Both the position numbers and the translations under genes were made by a program. Shown piece by piece: positions 25,057 through 37,181 of a stretch of DNA of 64,000 nt (positions within the stretch are counted from its first letter, which is position 1; each line of letters starts with the position of its first letter). The notes beneath the pieces were generated by a model. It made no database searches. It was not told the DNA's origin and worked only from the letters and a program-made list of their open reading frames with translations. The stretch comes from Phyllobates terribilis (lineage: Eukaryota). The stretch covers positions 56,668,001-56,732,000 of the forward strand of contig NW_027362768.1 of the NCBI RefSeq assembly GCF_046119375.1. The letters are read 5' to 3'.

Positions 25057-25322
25057 GTTCCATTTATCTTCAGCCTAGGTGACGTATTGTGATACAGGGC
25101 CGTGATTTTGGCTATAAAAGGGTCCCCTAGACCCCTACCCCAAGCTTTTTAAGAGAATCATATATGGCGTGCCAGGAGACTCTATGGAATGCTTTCTCAG
25201 CATCCAACGAGAGTATCTACTTACAAATTTTTAACTGCATCTAGCCCAGGAAATACTTTGTGCCTAGTAGCAGTGTCTGCTAGTCAGCGGATTATCCCGG
25301 CTGTTAAGCAAGCTACACCACC

Positions 25323-25597
25323 TGTAGTTTGGACACTTAATTTTTTCAAAGGAAATGCTTCGGGACCACAGGATACTTAGTGAAGAGCATCAGGAGGCAC
25401 CCCAAGGCATAGGGGCTGGGACTGGCACTAGGATGCCTTGCGGTGGACAGCCGAGCTCGATCCTTATAAAAGCTTTTTAACTGCAGCAGCTTTAGTGGAC
25501 GCTACTGGAGCTGGAATTACGCGGCTGCTGGCATGAGACTTGCCCTCCAATAGATCCTTGTAAATGGATTTAAAGTGTATTCATTCAAATTAGAGGG
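25323..25597 (-). pseudogene. 18S rRNA gene fragment (~275 bp, degenerate) inside hAT element A
   Basis: Minus strand reads CCCTCTAATTTGAATGAATACACTTTAAATCCATTTACAAGGATCTATTGGAGGGCAAGTCTCATGCCAGCAGCCGCGTAATTCCAGCTCCAGTAGCG...GCTGCAGTTAAAAAGCT...GGATCGAGCT...GTCCCAGCCCCT...GATGCTCTT...CCCGAAGCATTTCCTTTGAAAAAATTA. This is colinear with 18S across the universal GTGCCAGCAGCCGCGGTAA motif and the start of V4. Confidence 0.92.
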
Positions 25598-28122
25598 ACA
25601 ATTTAAATTAAAAAGCTTAGAGCTGCCTCCACCACAGGGGGGCTCTCTCGACCCACCAGCGTACAGGCACCAGTATTGGGAGAGGGGGGCTGGCCGTCAG
25701 GGTTCACCGCGGCTCTGGCACAAACCCGGCGACACGGAGGTGGCACGGGCAGGAGCGGACTGGCCGTCTCGGCTTCTCACTTTTTGGATTTTAGAAGGGC
25801 ATGACATGCCTATATCTGTGTCTCCCCCTCCTTTTACTCCTCCACCTCTTTTCTTTTCGCATGACTATATGTACTTGTCACTTTTCCATGTGTTAGTTGT
25901 GTCTTCTGAGCAGTTTGTCAGCTTTTGGACACCTTTGAAGGTGTTTTCTATGTGTTTCTATGTGTTTTTGTTTGCCTGCCATTGGTTTTAACGGTGTTCG
26001 AAGGTGTTCGACGAACAGTTCGGCGAACACACGGGTGTTCGACGAACCGAACCGAACTCGAACACTACGGGGGTGGCTCAACACTAGGAAAGTCCTCCTA
26101 ACCACGGACACATGGACAAGTATTTGTGGGCAGGGACGGTACATCTCGCTGACGGCACACTGGGTTAATATAGTGGAAGCAGGGACCCAGTCAGACCTTG
26201 GGACGGAACACGTCCTCACGACGCCGAGGAATTTCGAGCCCTGGGTCAATCAGGGTTGCCCCCACATTCTACAGCTCCTGCACCTCCTTCTCCTCTTCAG
26301 CCTCCATCTCCGAAATGACCACATCAGTCGCAAGCTGTAAGCACTGCAGCACTGCCTCGGCCAAGCGGCAACAAGCTGTGCTGAAGCTAATATGCTTAGG
26401 TAACAAACCGCACAATGCTGAAGAGTTGTGGACAGCTCTGAAAGAGCAGGCAGATCTGTGGTTGACACCGCTAAACATACAGCCAGGTATGGTCATGTGT
26501 GACAATGGCAGGAACCTGCTAGGGGCTCTGAGGTGAGCTCACACACGTACCATACTTGGCCCATGTGCTTAACCTCATGGTTTAGCGGTTTCTCAAAACC
26601 TACCCGAATCTGTTTGTCAAAGTACGCCGCCTGTGTGCCTATTTTGGAAAGTCAGCTACAGCTTGCGCCGCCCTTGCAGTGCTTCAGCAGCATTTGCAGC
26701 TTCCAGCTCACCAACTGTTCATGCTATGTTCCCACGCATTGGAACTCTACATTGCAGACGTTGGGAAGGAATTGTGAACAGAAGAGGGCAGTTGTTGACT
26801 ACCAGCATCAACAAGGCCGTCAGTATTCAGCTCAGACTCCACACCTAAAACCTCAGGGGTGGACACGGATGTCAGACATATGTACCATCCTCCAAAACTT
26901 TGAGGATTCCACCAAGATGGTGAGCGGCGATGACGCCATAATTAGCAGACCATCCCGCTTCTCTGTCTTCACAGTTAAAGAGGATGCATTGCAGGCGGAG
27001 TACGATGAGATGGAGCAAGGAACCGTACAGGGTGATTACACACAGTCCAGCCTCATCTCATCCCAACGTGCATTCGGTGACAATGAGGAAGAGGAGGAGG
27101 AGGAAGAACAGGAGCTAGTTTCCTGCACTATAGACGGTACTACCTGCACAACTGTCATACCGTTTGTTCAGCGTGGATGGCCTGAGGACAGGTAGGAGGA
27201 GGATGAGGAGGAGAACATGGTTAGTCATCCTTTTGGTGAGGATACAGAAGTCTTGCCTGTTAGCAGTCTAAGTTTGTTACGCTACCTTTCCCATGACCCT
27301 CACGTTGTCCAATTTTTTGGTGACAGTCATAACTGGTTAATGACACTTCTAGACCCACGCTACAAGGAGAACTTTCTGTCTCTTATTCCCTTGCAGGACA
27401 GGCCTAATAAAATGGGGCAGTACGGCCCTTGTTGCGGAATTATTTAAAAAAATTACCATCTTAAAACGCTGGCAGCAGAAGTCACAGTTCGTTGGACTAC
27501 CAAGTAGTACAGGCAAGAGAGACACAAATGCAATAAAGCAGAGGCACGGGAACACTGTCAAAGTTCTGGGACAGTTTTCTCAGATCCTCCCATCTCACAG
27601 GCCCTGAGGTGCGGGGTATTCTCCCAAGGAAGGAAAGTTTCGGAAGATGGCGAGGGAGTACCTTGCCGACTGTACCAATGTCCTCTGTGATTCCTCTGTA
27701 CCTTATAATTATTGGGTATCCAAGCTGAACACGTGGCATGAACTGGCTTTCTACACCTTGGAGGTCCTGGCTTGCCCTGCCGCTAGCGTTTTGTCAGAGC
27801 GGGTTTTTAGTGCCGCTTGTGGGATTATAACTGATAGGCGCATCCGCCTGTCAACTGAAAATGCTGACAGGCTGACTCTTATAAAAATGAACAAGGGCTG
27901 GACTGGGTCAGACTTCTCAACACCACCGAATGATAGTAGCATAACATAAACTCAAATACAGTGTCTTTTTTTTGGGAGGTCTAACTCTATTCCCATGCAC
28001 ATCTGTCTTCACACCCAGACATGGGTATACGCTTCCTGATTTTGTCTATTTGCTCTTGTCCTCATCCTTCTCCGCATCCTCATCCTCCACCACCATATGT
28101 ACCATATCAACATATATACGAC

Positions 28123-28880
28123 TCTTGCAAGGAGCATTGGAGTTCTTCCAATTTTTTGGCAGCCGTTGCTTCACTGCATAGGCAAACAGTATGGGAGACA
28201 TTTCCTAATAATGGGAGCATTTTTTCCAGGAGGCCCTCTGACCTCTACGTCTCTTGCAAGGGGCATTGGAGTTCTTCCAAATTTTTGGCAGCCGTTGCTT
28301 CACTGCATAGGCACACAGTATGAGAGACACACTTCCTAATAATGGGAGCAATTTTTCCAGGAGGCCCTCCGACTTCTACATCTATTGCAAGGGGCATTGG
28401 AGTTCCTCCAAATTTTTTGCAGCCGTTGCTTCACTGCATAGGCAAATAGTGTGGGAGACACACTTCCTAATAATGGGAACATTGTTTTCAGTAGGCCCTC
28501 TGACCTCTACGTCTCTTGCAAGGGGCATTGGAGTTCCTCCAAATTTTTGGCAGTCATTGCTTCACTGCATAAGCAAACAGTATGAGAGACACACTTCCTA
28601 ATAATGGGAGCATTTTTTTGCAGGAGGCCCTCTGAACTCTTCGTCTCTTGCAAGGGGCATTGGAGTTCCTCCAAATTTTTGGCAGCCGTTGCTTCACTGC
28701 ATAAGCAAACAGTATGAGAGACACACTTCCTAATAATGGGAGCATTTTTTTGCAGGAGGCCCTCTGAACTCTTCGTCTCTTGCAAGGGGCATTGGAGTTC
28801 CTCCAAATTTTTGGCAGCCGTTAGTCACTGCATACACAATAACAGTATAGGAGACCCACTCGTTAATAATGGGAACAACA
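28123..28880. repeat. Tandem array of a ~131-bp unit (~6 copies) downstream of the hAT-B transposase
   Basis: TCTTGCAAGGGGCATTGG-like anchor at 28123, 28252, 28383, 28514, 28646 and 28778. Confidence 0.93.
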
Positions 28881-29589
28881 AAGCATAGCCGACTGCTGGC
28901 CCTTTAAGAATAGTAAGGGCCGTCTGATGGCCCTATAAAAATAGTCTTTGTGACTTTCAGAGTCCATCCATCATAAATGAAACAGCATGTGTCTGATGAT
29001 GTGTCACACACCACATGGCCAGATAAGGTTGTAAAATGTTAAAATTACATTTCCCGGTGAATACATTTGTCTTGGTTGAAAGCAATGCAAAAGTGCAAAA
29101 ACGCATCAAAAACGCTACGTGTGAACATAGACCAAGGTGTGGAGGAGCATTTTTGTTTTTGTATATTTATTTTGCCTTGTATACATGTCGTTACCCTGGA
29201 AAGGATGTTCCTTAACATATTTCCCAGGAAAATCCATTTTGGTTTAGTTTTTGTATGTTTTATTGTGAGTCCATAAAAGTGGCATAATACCTCCAACAAT
29301 GTGGTTGACAGCAGGGAACTGGGAGTCAGAAATGCTTCCAGGGGTCTTCCCCATGCTGTTCCCATGTCATTTGAGCACTGTTCCCTTCGATTTGGGCAAT
29401 TTTTAGGCCCTCTGCAGACCCCCAGCGAGAGCCACCGGAAAAAAGCTCAAGTTTCCCATAGACTTGCATTGGGCTCGTTACTCGGTCCGAGCACTCGAGC
29501 ATTCCAATTTGCTCAACTCGAACAACGAGTACCCGAGCATTTTAGTGCTTGCTCATCACTATTTATTATACTTTGCTTTTATAGTGCCA

Positions 29590-29798
29590 ACTTATTCTGC
29601 AGTGCTTTACAGACATTATCATTGTCCCCATTTGAGGCTTACAATCTAAATTGTGGGAGGAAACTGGAGAACCCGGAGGAAACCCACTCAAACCTCAAAA
29701 ACTGGAAGAGCATACAAATCCTTGCAGGTATTCTCCTTGGTGGGATTTTAATCCAGGACCCCAGCGCTGCAAAGCAACAGTGCTAATCACTGAGCCAC
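29590..29798 (-). mobile_element. tRNA-derived V-SINE, truncated
   Basis: Minus strand GTGGCTCAGTGATTAGC (A box), GGATTAAAATCCC (B-box-like), then GTGGGTTTCCTCCGGGTTCTCCAGTTTCCTCCCACA (V-domain core). Confidence 0.8.
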
Positions 29799-29809
29799 TA
29801 TGCTATATA

Positions 29810-31322
29810 CAATTGAAACTAGAAGTTTACATACACTATAGAAAAAAACACATATGCATGTTTTTCTTAATATCTGACATGAAATCAGAATAAACCTTTC
29901 CCGTTTTGGGTCAATTAGGATTACCATAATGTTTAATATTTTCCAAATGGCAGAATAATGAGAGAGAATGTTTTAAGGCATTTTTATTACTTACTGTAAA
30001 GTCAAAAGTTTACATACACTAAGATTACTATGCCTTTAAACAATTCTGGTCTGCCCATATGATGTTGTCATGTGTTTGAAAGCTTCTAATAGGTTTTTTG
30101 GCAACATCTGAGTTAATTAGAGACACACCTGTGGATGTATTTTAATGCACACCCGAAACACACTGCTTCTTTGTGTAGCATCATGGGAAAGTCTAAACTA
30201 ATCAGCTAAGATATCAGGAAGAGAATTGTGGACTTGCACAAGTCTGGCTCTTCCTTGGGTACAATTTCAAGATACCTGAAGGTGCCTCATTCATCTGTAC
30301 AAACAATTATATGCAAGTATAAACAAGATGGGAATGTCCAGCCATCATAACGCTCAGGAAGGAGACTGGTTCTGTGTCCCAGAGATGAACATGCTTTGGT
30401 CCAACATGTGCATATCAATCCAAGGACAAAAGCAAAAGACCTTGTGAAGATGATGGCGGAACCTGGTAAGATTGTGTCAATATCCACAGTGAAACGAGTA
30501 CTATTTCAACATGGACTGAAAGGCCACTCTGCCAGGAAGAAGCCTTTACTCCAAAAGAAACATAAAAAAGCCAGCTTAATGTTTGCAAATGCAAACAGGA
30601 ACAAAGACCTTAATTTTTGGAGACATGTCCTGTGGTCTGATGAAACTAAAATTTAACTTTTTGGACATAATGACCATCTTTACGTTTGGAGGAAAAAGGA
30701 AGAAGCTTGGAAGCCTAAAAACACCATCCCAACTGTTAAACACAGGGGTGGCAGCATCATGTTGTGGGGTTGTTTTGCTTTAGAAGGGACTGGGGTACTT
30801 CACAAAATAGATGGCATCATGAGAAAAGAAAATTATGTGGCAATACTGAAGCAACATCTCAAGACATCAGCCAGGAAGTTAAAGCTTCGGCGGAAATGTG
30901 TCTTCCAAATTGACAATGACCCGAAGCATACTGCCAAAATGGTAACAAAGTGGCTTAAGAATAACAAAGTAAATGTTTTGGAGTGACCATTACAAAGGCC
31001 TGATCTCAATCCTATTGAAAGTTTATGGGCAAAGCTGAAAAGGCAGGTGTGAGCAAGGCCCAAATTCCGACCAACTATTGTGAGAAGCTTGTGGAAGGAT
31101 ATCCCAAACGTTTGACCAAAGGGCAATGGTACCAAATACTAATGATATGTATGTAAACTTTTGACTGTGCATTAAGTAATAAAAATTCCTTAAAACATTC
31201 TCTCTCTCTCTCATTATTCTGGCATTTGGCAAATATTAAAAATTATGGTAATCCTAATTGACCTAAAACGGGAAAGGTTTATTCTGCTTTTATGTCAGAT
31301 ATGGAGAAAAATATGCATATTT
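29810..31322 (+). mobile_element. Sleeping-Beauty-like Tc1 (IR/DR type), decayed
   Basis: TA|CAATTGAAACTAGAAGTTTACATACAC left end. Transposase from ATG 30183 (MGKSKLIS*DIRKRIVDLHKSGSSLGTIS) with WSDETK and FQIDNDPKH motifs. Right IR at 31150-31322 is truncated. Confidence 0.9.
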
Positions 31323-31759
31323 TGGGTCCCACGCAGTAATTGTGCTCCCTCTGTGCCCTTAGACAGAAATAATGCTTCCTTTGTACTCTCTCATAGTAAT
31401 AATGTTTTCTTGTGCCTACCAATAATAATAATCCACCCATGCCTCCTTTAATAACAATCTCCCCTGTGACTCCTTATAATAATGACCTGTACCTCCTTAT
31501 AATGTTAAAAAATGCCCCTCCCCTGTGTTTCTTATAATAATAATAATAATGCCCCCTATGCTTTCCTGTAATATTTCCACATTGTGACTCCTTATGAAAA
31601 TGCCTCTCATTTTGCTTTCTTATAATGATAATCGCCAGTTCCTCTTTCTTGTAATCATACTCCATTGTGCCCCCCTATAATAATGCGCCATTGTGCCTCC
31701 TTACTATAATGCCCGTATTCTGGCTCCTCATCTATAATATAACCAAAGAAGTGTCCTTC

Positions 31760-32955
31760 TGTCCAAAGCCTCTATTGACTGCACCTGCGCAATGCGCCTG
31801 CACAGTCTGGCCCCAGACAGAAAAACACATTCACATCCTATACAGGGATGAGGAGTGTGGCGTCGGAGATCGCAGTATACGTAGGCACTGAACGCATACC
31901 GTGATCTCCGGTGCCTTAAGCACATACCTGCCAGGGAGGAGTGTGGAGCCTCTGTTCAGGCCGGAGGCTGGGGGAGGAGTGTGGCGTCGGAATCGGTGCC
32001 TGCGCATAGCGCGATATCCGGCGCCACTTTAATGAAGACACATTTGCAGTGCCGGACATCGCAGTATGCGCATGCGTGTACTCTGGCACCATTTTGTTGA
32101 AGATACTCTGCACATTTGTTTTCAATAAAATGGTCGGATATCACGCTATGCAGGCACTGATGCCGGCACCATTTTAGTAAAATAACCCAGGTGAGCGATG
32201 GAAAGATGAGTAGGAGTGTTTTTTTTAATTTAATTTATGGATGGATGGGGGAGCACATACCAGGATGGGGGACCAGGATCGGGGAGCATATACCAGGATG
32301 GAGGAGCAGGATGGGGGCACAAATACCATGATGGGGATCATATATCAGGATGGGAGAGCATATACCAGGATGGAGTTCATATACCAGGATGGGGGAGCAT
32401 ATATTAGGATGGGGGACCAGGATAGGGAGGCATATACCAGGATGGGAGACCAGGATGAGGGAGAATATACCAGGATAGGGGAGTATATACCAGGATAGGG
32501 AAGCATATACCAAGATGGGGGACCAGGATGGGGGAGTATATACCAGGATGGGGGACCAGGATGGGGGCACAAATACGAGGATAGGGAAGTATATACCAAG
32601 ATGGGGGACCAGGATGGGGGAGTATATACCAGGATGGGGGACTAGGATGGGGGCACAAATACGAGGATGGGGGACCAGGATTGGGGAGTATATACCAGTA
32701 TGGGGGACCAGGATGGGGGCACAAATACCAGGATGGGGGACCAGGATGGGGGATCATATACCAGGATGGGGAAGCGTATACCAGGATTGGGGACCAGGAT
32801 TAGGGAGCATATAACAGGATGGGGGACCAGGACTGGGGAGTATATACCAGAATGGAGGAGCATGGACAAGGATGGGGGAGCATATACCAGGATAGGGGAC
32901 CATATACCAATAAGAATGCTCGCCACCAGGGCATAGAATGGGTTCAATAGCTAGT
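31760..32955 (-). mobile_element. Possible non-autonomous Helitron/Helentron (HINE-like) element carrying a minisatellite
   Basis: Minus-strand terminus ACTAGCTATTGAACCC...GCCCTGGTGGCG. GC-rich inverted segments at 31780-32180. Left boundary not defined. Confidence 0.4.
32240..32910. repeat. Purine-rich minisatellite built on CCAGGATGGGG(G/A) units
   Basis: Dozens of ACCAGGATGGGGGA(G/C) units alternating with GCATAT/GTATAT/CACAAAT spacers. Confidence 0.95.
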
Positions 32956-33789
32956 AGTATTAATAATCACCCCTGTGCCAGGAAAATAATAAAAGTAAAC
33001 TGATACAAGGAGAATTGCCAGGGTCTTAATAGATCTGGAGCCCAAACCTCAAAGTACAGTATATGTCTTCCCATACAATCCCTCCCCTTCCCCATCACTT
33101 AAAAGAAATTTTATACTTATATAATTATCATATAACACTACGGCTGCTGTATTAAGACTAACAATAACTTACATACTGAAATATAATATTCACACTCCAA
33201 TATTACCACTATATAAGGCCCCAAAGATACCATTGCACCGTCACTTTTACCATTAACACTACATATTGAATAAATATATTACCATGACTGTGCACAATAC
33301 AATACAACTATACAAACAGCAATATTACCAATATATCACCATACACCTATCACTACATAATGACTAAATTGTACCATCAAATTGCTAAGGTGTTTTTATT
33401 TTATTTTATATGTGTTGTTCACTTTTTTTGTCTTTTCCTCTGGCCCAGACCGGCATGATGGCTTACAGCCATGACTTGTACCTGGAGAATTAAAAAGAAA
33501 GACACATTTGACTTCTTACATTTTCAGCACCATCCCTAACTATTACCAATCTACAAAAGCTACCCATCGTTGCTGCACTTTTCACATGGAACAGTGACTT
33601 CAATACTTGAAAAAAATGTTACCATTACTATAATGACCCCTTCCCCTCAAACAAATGCTGCACATACAATGGAAATATAGTAGTGCCCCATAGAAAGTAA
33701 TAATGCTCTCATTTTGCTTCCTAGAGAGTAATAATGTGCCCTTTTTGCACTTGACGGAATTAATGCCTTGTATCCACACCCCACACAGT

Positions 33790-33990
33790 ATGATGGCCTC
33801 CACAACTCCATACACAGTATGATGCCCACCACTGCGCCCCATACACCTATGATGACTTCAACAGTGCCCCATACTCAGTATGATGGCTCCCACATTCCCC
33901 ACTACACAGTATGATGGCCCCCCCCCATACACACAGCACGATGTCCCCCACAGTCCCTTATACACAGTATACTGTCCCCATATACAGTAT
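33790..33990. repeat. Short degenerate minisatellite (CACAGTATGATGGCC)
   Basis: Repeated CACAGTAT(G/A)ATG(G/C)C units. Confidence 0.75.
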
Positions 33991-36045
33991 AATGGCCACC
34001 ATAGTATCTGCTCTGCTGCAGGTGTTAACGATATCAGCATCCTGAGGATGTAATACTACTGATAGTATTACAGGCTGATTCAGCGCACTGCTGGACCGGC
34101 CCATCTATCATTTGTCAGAATTGACAGATGACTAGTCCAGCCTTCAGAAACATCCATCCTAGGCGGTACTCTTTTATTTTTGGTCCTTACATCCCTAAGT
34201 GATGATGCTTAGATATTTTAGTAACTTTTAATGAAAATTGTGAGTGTTTTTCTAAAAAAAAGTTACATTGTATTTTATTTATTAACACATAACCAGTGGT
34301 ACATATAATAATCCCTTCAGGATGCAGCTCTTTTGGCCTTTGAAGACAAGCTCAATAATTTTTGAGTTGATATTGCCAAATTCTTCTAGTGTGATTATGT
34401 GTGAATGTGAAGCGGTGGGAGATGGATGGATGGATGGAAACAAAACAGGAATTTGAAGCATGCTCAAAGATTTCCTTTTATGCTATATTATTGAACAATC
34501 ACTGGATATATTGATCAAGTCAACATCTATTAAACTTGATGAGACTGGTGTAATTATTGTCAAAATTAAATTTCAGAATGGTTGTATAATCCTAATTTTA
34601 AACTGAGTACTATAGTATATGTATAGAGAGGATAGAGATTGAGCTCATAAATAAAAGTGTATTCAATCTTCACTCATCCAGTCTGACAGCTGCAGCTTGT
34701 ACTGAGCATTGTGAGATTTAAGTGGTGGATGAGGAGTGCCAGTGGCAGCCGGGACCTAAAGGTCCATGTCACCACCATTTCTGCTCTCTAATGAACCTCA
34801 GACAGAGGCTGGGTGTCATAGGAGAATGTGATATTTACTATATGCTGCAATACTTAATATGATTTTAGGTTCCTGTCCCTGGGTTGCAGTAAAGATAAAG
34901 TCATAAAATAAATTGAAAAATAATTAAAAACAAATGTTTGAATCTCCCCCATTTTTCTAATTTAAAAAAACACATGATATTGTTGTGTCTATAAAAGTCT
35001 AATCTATGAATATATAAAAGTTTATATAGAGTAAATGGCGTAAAATAAAAAAGTCTAAATGTTAGACATGTCATTTTGTTGAGAGTTGTAATAACTTCTT
35101 TTTTATTCAGTTAACGGAGCTGAGAGAGGACTTGTTCTTTGCGCATCAAGATAATGTTTCTATTGAAACCACTTTTAATTGTTTTCATGGAAATCCTGCA
35201 TAGTTTTAATTGCTTTTCATTGCCTTTTTTAGGGCATAGTCAGACCGCCGTAAAAATTGGACGGAGATCATAATGAAGTGCTTGGACTGGCAAGTGGCTC
35301 TCCCAATTCGAGCATGACTGCTTCATGTATTTCTATGCAGCTGTCACTTTCGGATTGTGAGAGCTGCCAGCCAGTCCGAGCATTGCGTTCTGATCTTATA
35401 CAGCCATCTTACTGTGCCCTTATGAAAATTCTGACAAACAAAACATGTCAATTCTAGCTTTCAATTTTTTTCCATTTTGTATGGAAATACACAGCAATAC
35501 AAAATATGTTATTTTTTACATTTCAATGTGAGATAGACACTTAAATACATATTGTGGTAGATAGGCTCACTTGGTTGCACATAGAGGGATACAGGAACAC
35601 TGTCTCTTTAAATTCTTCCCAGATTTATTAGGCAGCATAAACTATGGGAAGTAAAACAAACACGGCCCTTTGGGCAAAAACAGGAAAACAAAACAAAGTC
35701 CTTGTGGTAGCGGTGATCCAACCGCTCAGAGTCCAGCAAACACAGGATTCACATTAACACAGAACACCCAAGCTCCTCTCTGGAGCTAGCTTCTCCAGAC
35801 ACTGAAAACTGAATGCCTCAGCAGGCCGAGTATTTAAACCCCAGACCACACCCTGAGGTGGAGATATGGAGAACAACCTCCCTCCCACTCTATGGTTGTT
35901 CTCATAAAAACACGCCCTTTTACAAATTGGTGATTTAACCCCCTCAACAAATAACATACTGGAGGAAACTTAATGGTTTTAATTCACTGAAGCTAATAGC
36001 CTCAGGGAAACCTATCTCCCCTGCAGCACCTTACCAGTGACTTTG

Positions 36046-36049
<4 letters not shown>

Positions 36050-36093
<44 letters not shown>
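36050..36093. repeat. (TA)22 microsatellite
   Basis: Uninterrupted TA run. Confidence 0.97.
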
Positions 36094-36098
<5 letters not shown>

Positions 36099-36723
36099 GT
36101 ATATACGTTTGCAATTATTTTGTATTGCTTTTACATCTTTAAATAATCCTTTTAGAGGACTTGGTTACATTGTAGTGTATTGTGAAATTGACAATCTCCT
36201 ATGAAGTTCAGTCACAGGCTCAGCCTTTAGAGGGCTGCTCAAGCAATCAATTGGCATCATGCGATCATGTTGCACAGAATGTCAATGACTGTCAGAAGGG
36301 ATGTCCGCCATAGTGAAACCAGTTAAATGCTACTGAAATGGTTGGCAAAGACATTTACGTGGTTAAACTGATATGATCTGAGCTAGCTTGTTGGGTGCAG
36401 CCTATATAAGGCAGCCAGCACGTGCGCTGCATGGAATGGGCTAATTTCCTAAACCCACTGCATCCAGTAAAAGCACACAGCCGTTGTACATGTATGGCAG
36501 TCATCACAATGGAATTAAGACATATTGCCACTCTTGTCCATAGGCTGTGCCTGGTCTCCTTAGTCCCATTCGCTTAAACGTAAAGGCACTCCAATGCCTG
36601 ACCCAGTCCATGGACAAGCGAAGAGCTACTTTTGCAATAAAATTAATCAAATTGAATTGAAGCTGTTAACAGTTATTTGTTCTCATATGACTAATGCCGT
36701 TTGTGATGTTTGTGTCACACCAG

Positions 36724-37090
36724 GTACTGTTTGAAGAACTGTGCACTGAATGATTTGGAGTGTGCTCTCAGCCCCTATGCACTGCAGTACAAACTGGTCT
36801 CTCTTCCATTTGGTATTGCTGCCAATCAAGACTTGATTCGCCTGGTTGCATATACACAAGATGGAATATTACATCCCAGAACAACATTCCTTATACTCAA
36901 TGAAGACCCTATGCTACCATTCACTATAAGGGAAGAACATATGAAAGGAGTGGTTTTCACCAATAGACCACTTAAAGAGCCGGAAACCTACAGAATGAAA
37001 GTGAAAGCTTTATCATACAGCACAGAGCGCAGCATCGAGTATCAGACAACTTTTATTGTGTATATTTCTGTCTCTCCCTATCCCTATTAA
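36724..37090 (+). CDS. HMCN1: Hemicentin-1 terminal coding exon (fibulin-type C-terminal domain)
   Basis: Branch-point-like GACTAAT near 36690 and acceptor CAG at 36721-36723. Translates (G)YCLKNCALNDLECALSPYALQYKLVSLPFGIAANQDLIRLVAYTQDG...YQTTFIVYISVSPYPY* with TAA at 37088-37090. GG+G completes the split Gly codon from the 2578-2704 exon. Confidence 0.96.
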
Positions 37091-37175
37091 GCTAACTGTG
37101 GTCCCCAGTCTCATTCTGTGCTTCTCTGTAATTTAATACTTGAAAGACATTACAATCTACAAAATAATTTTAGTG

Positions 37176-37181
37176 AATAAA
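37176..37181 (+). terminator. Candidate HMCN1 polyadenylation signal
   Basis: AATAAA 86 bp after the stop codon. Further AATAAA at 37312 and 37326. Which one is used cannot be told from sequence. Confidence 0.45.

Larger units (their letters stand above)
15305..26086 (+). mobile_element. hAT element A, 10,782 bp, with intact transposase
   Basis: Left end TAGAGATGAGC; right end GCTCAACACTA (reverse complement TAGTGTTGAGC, 9/11 match). Many CGAAC/GTTCG subterminal motifs at both ends. Perfect 8-bp TSD GGAAAGTC at 15297-15304 and 26087-26094. Confidence 0.93.
13216..29561 (+). mobile_element. hAT element B (decayed host, left end missing), split by hAT element A
   Basis: Transposase pseudogene from ATG 13910 (GRGRG N-terminus, BED finger CTTC...MIRHMAAK) to 15304, resuming at 26095 (TTDTWTS) and ending ...SERVFSAACG...RLTLIKMNK at 27949. 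Right TIR GCTCATCACTA ends at 29561, with CGAGC subterminal repeats. Two ~151-bp repeats at 13580-13880 precede the ATG. Confidence 0.9.

Noticed and set aside
24281-25078. Cluster of overlapping ORFs in the GC-rich block
   Set aside because: Stop-poor GC-rich sequence, open on both strands, with no recognisable motif.
25403-25440. CAAGGCAT...ATGCCTTG hairpin as a ribozyme or regulatory stem
   Set aside because: Falls inside the 18S V4-derived segment and has no catalytic core; explained by rRNA-derived structure.
25323-25597. Functional rRNA gene or contaminant contig
   Set aside because: Only ~275 bp, with substitutions and deletions in universally conserved positions, and embedded between hAT sequences inside TSD-bounded ends.
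32235-32947. Pro/Gly-rich ORFs on both strands
   Set aside because: Translations of the CCAGGATGGGG minisatellite.
35553-36049. Possible solo LTR before the (TA)n tract
   Set aside because: Begins TG, but the end and TSD could not be established, so it is not supportable as a feature.
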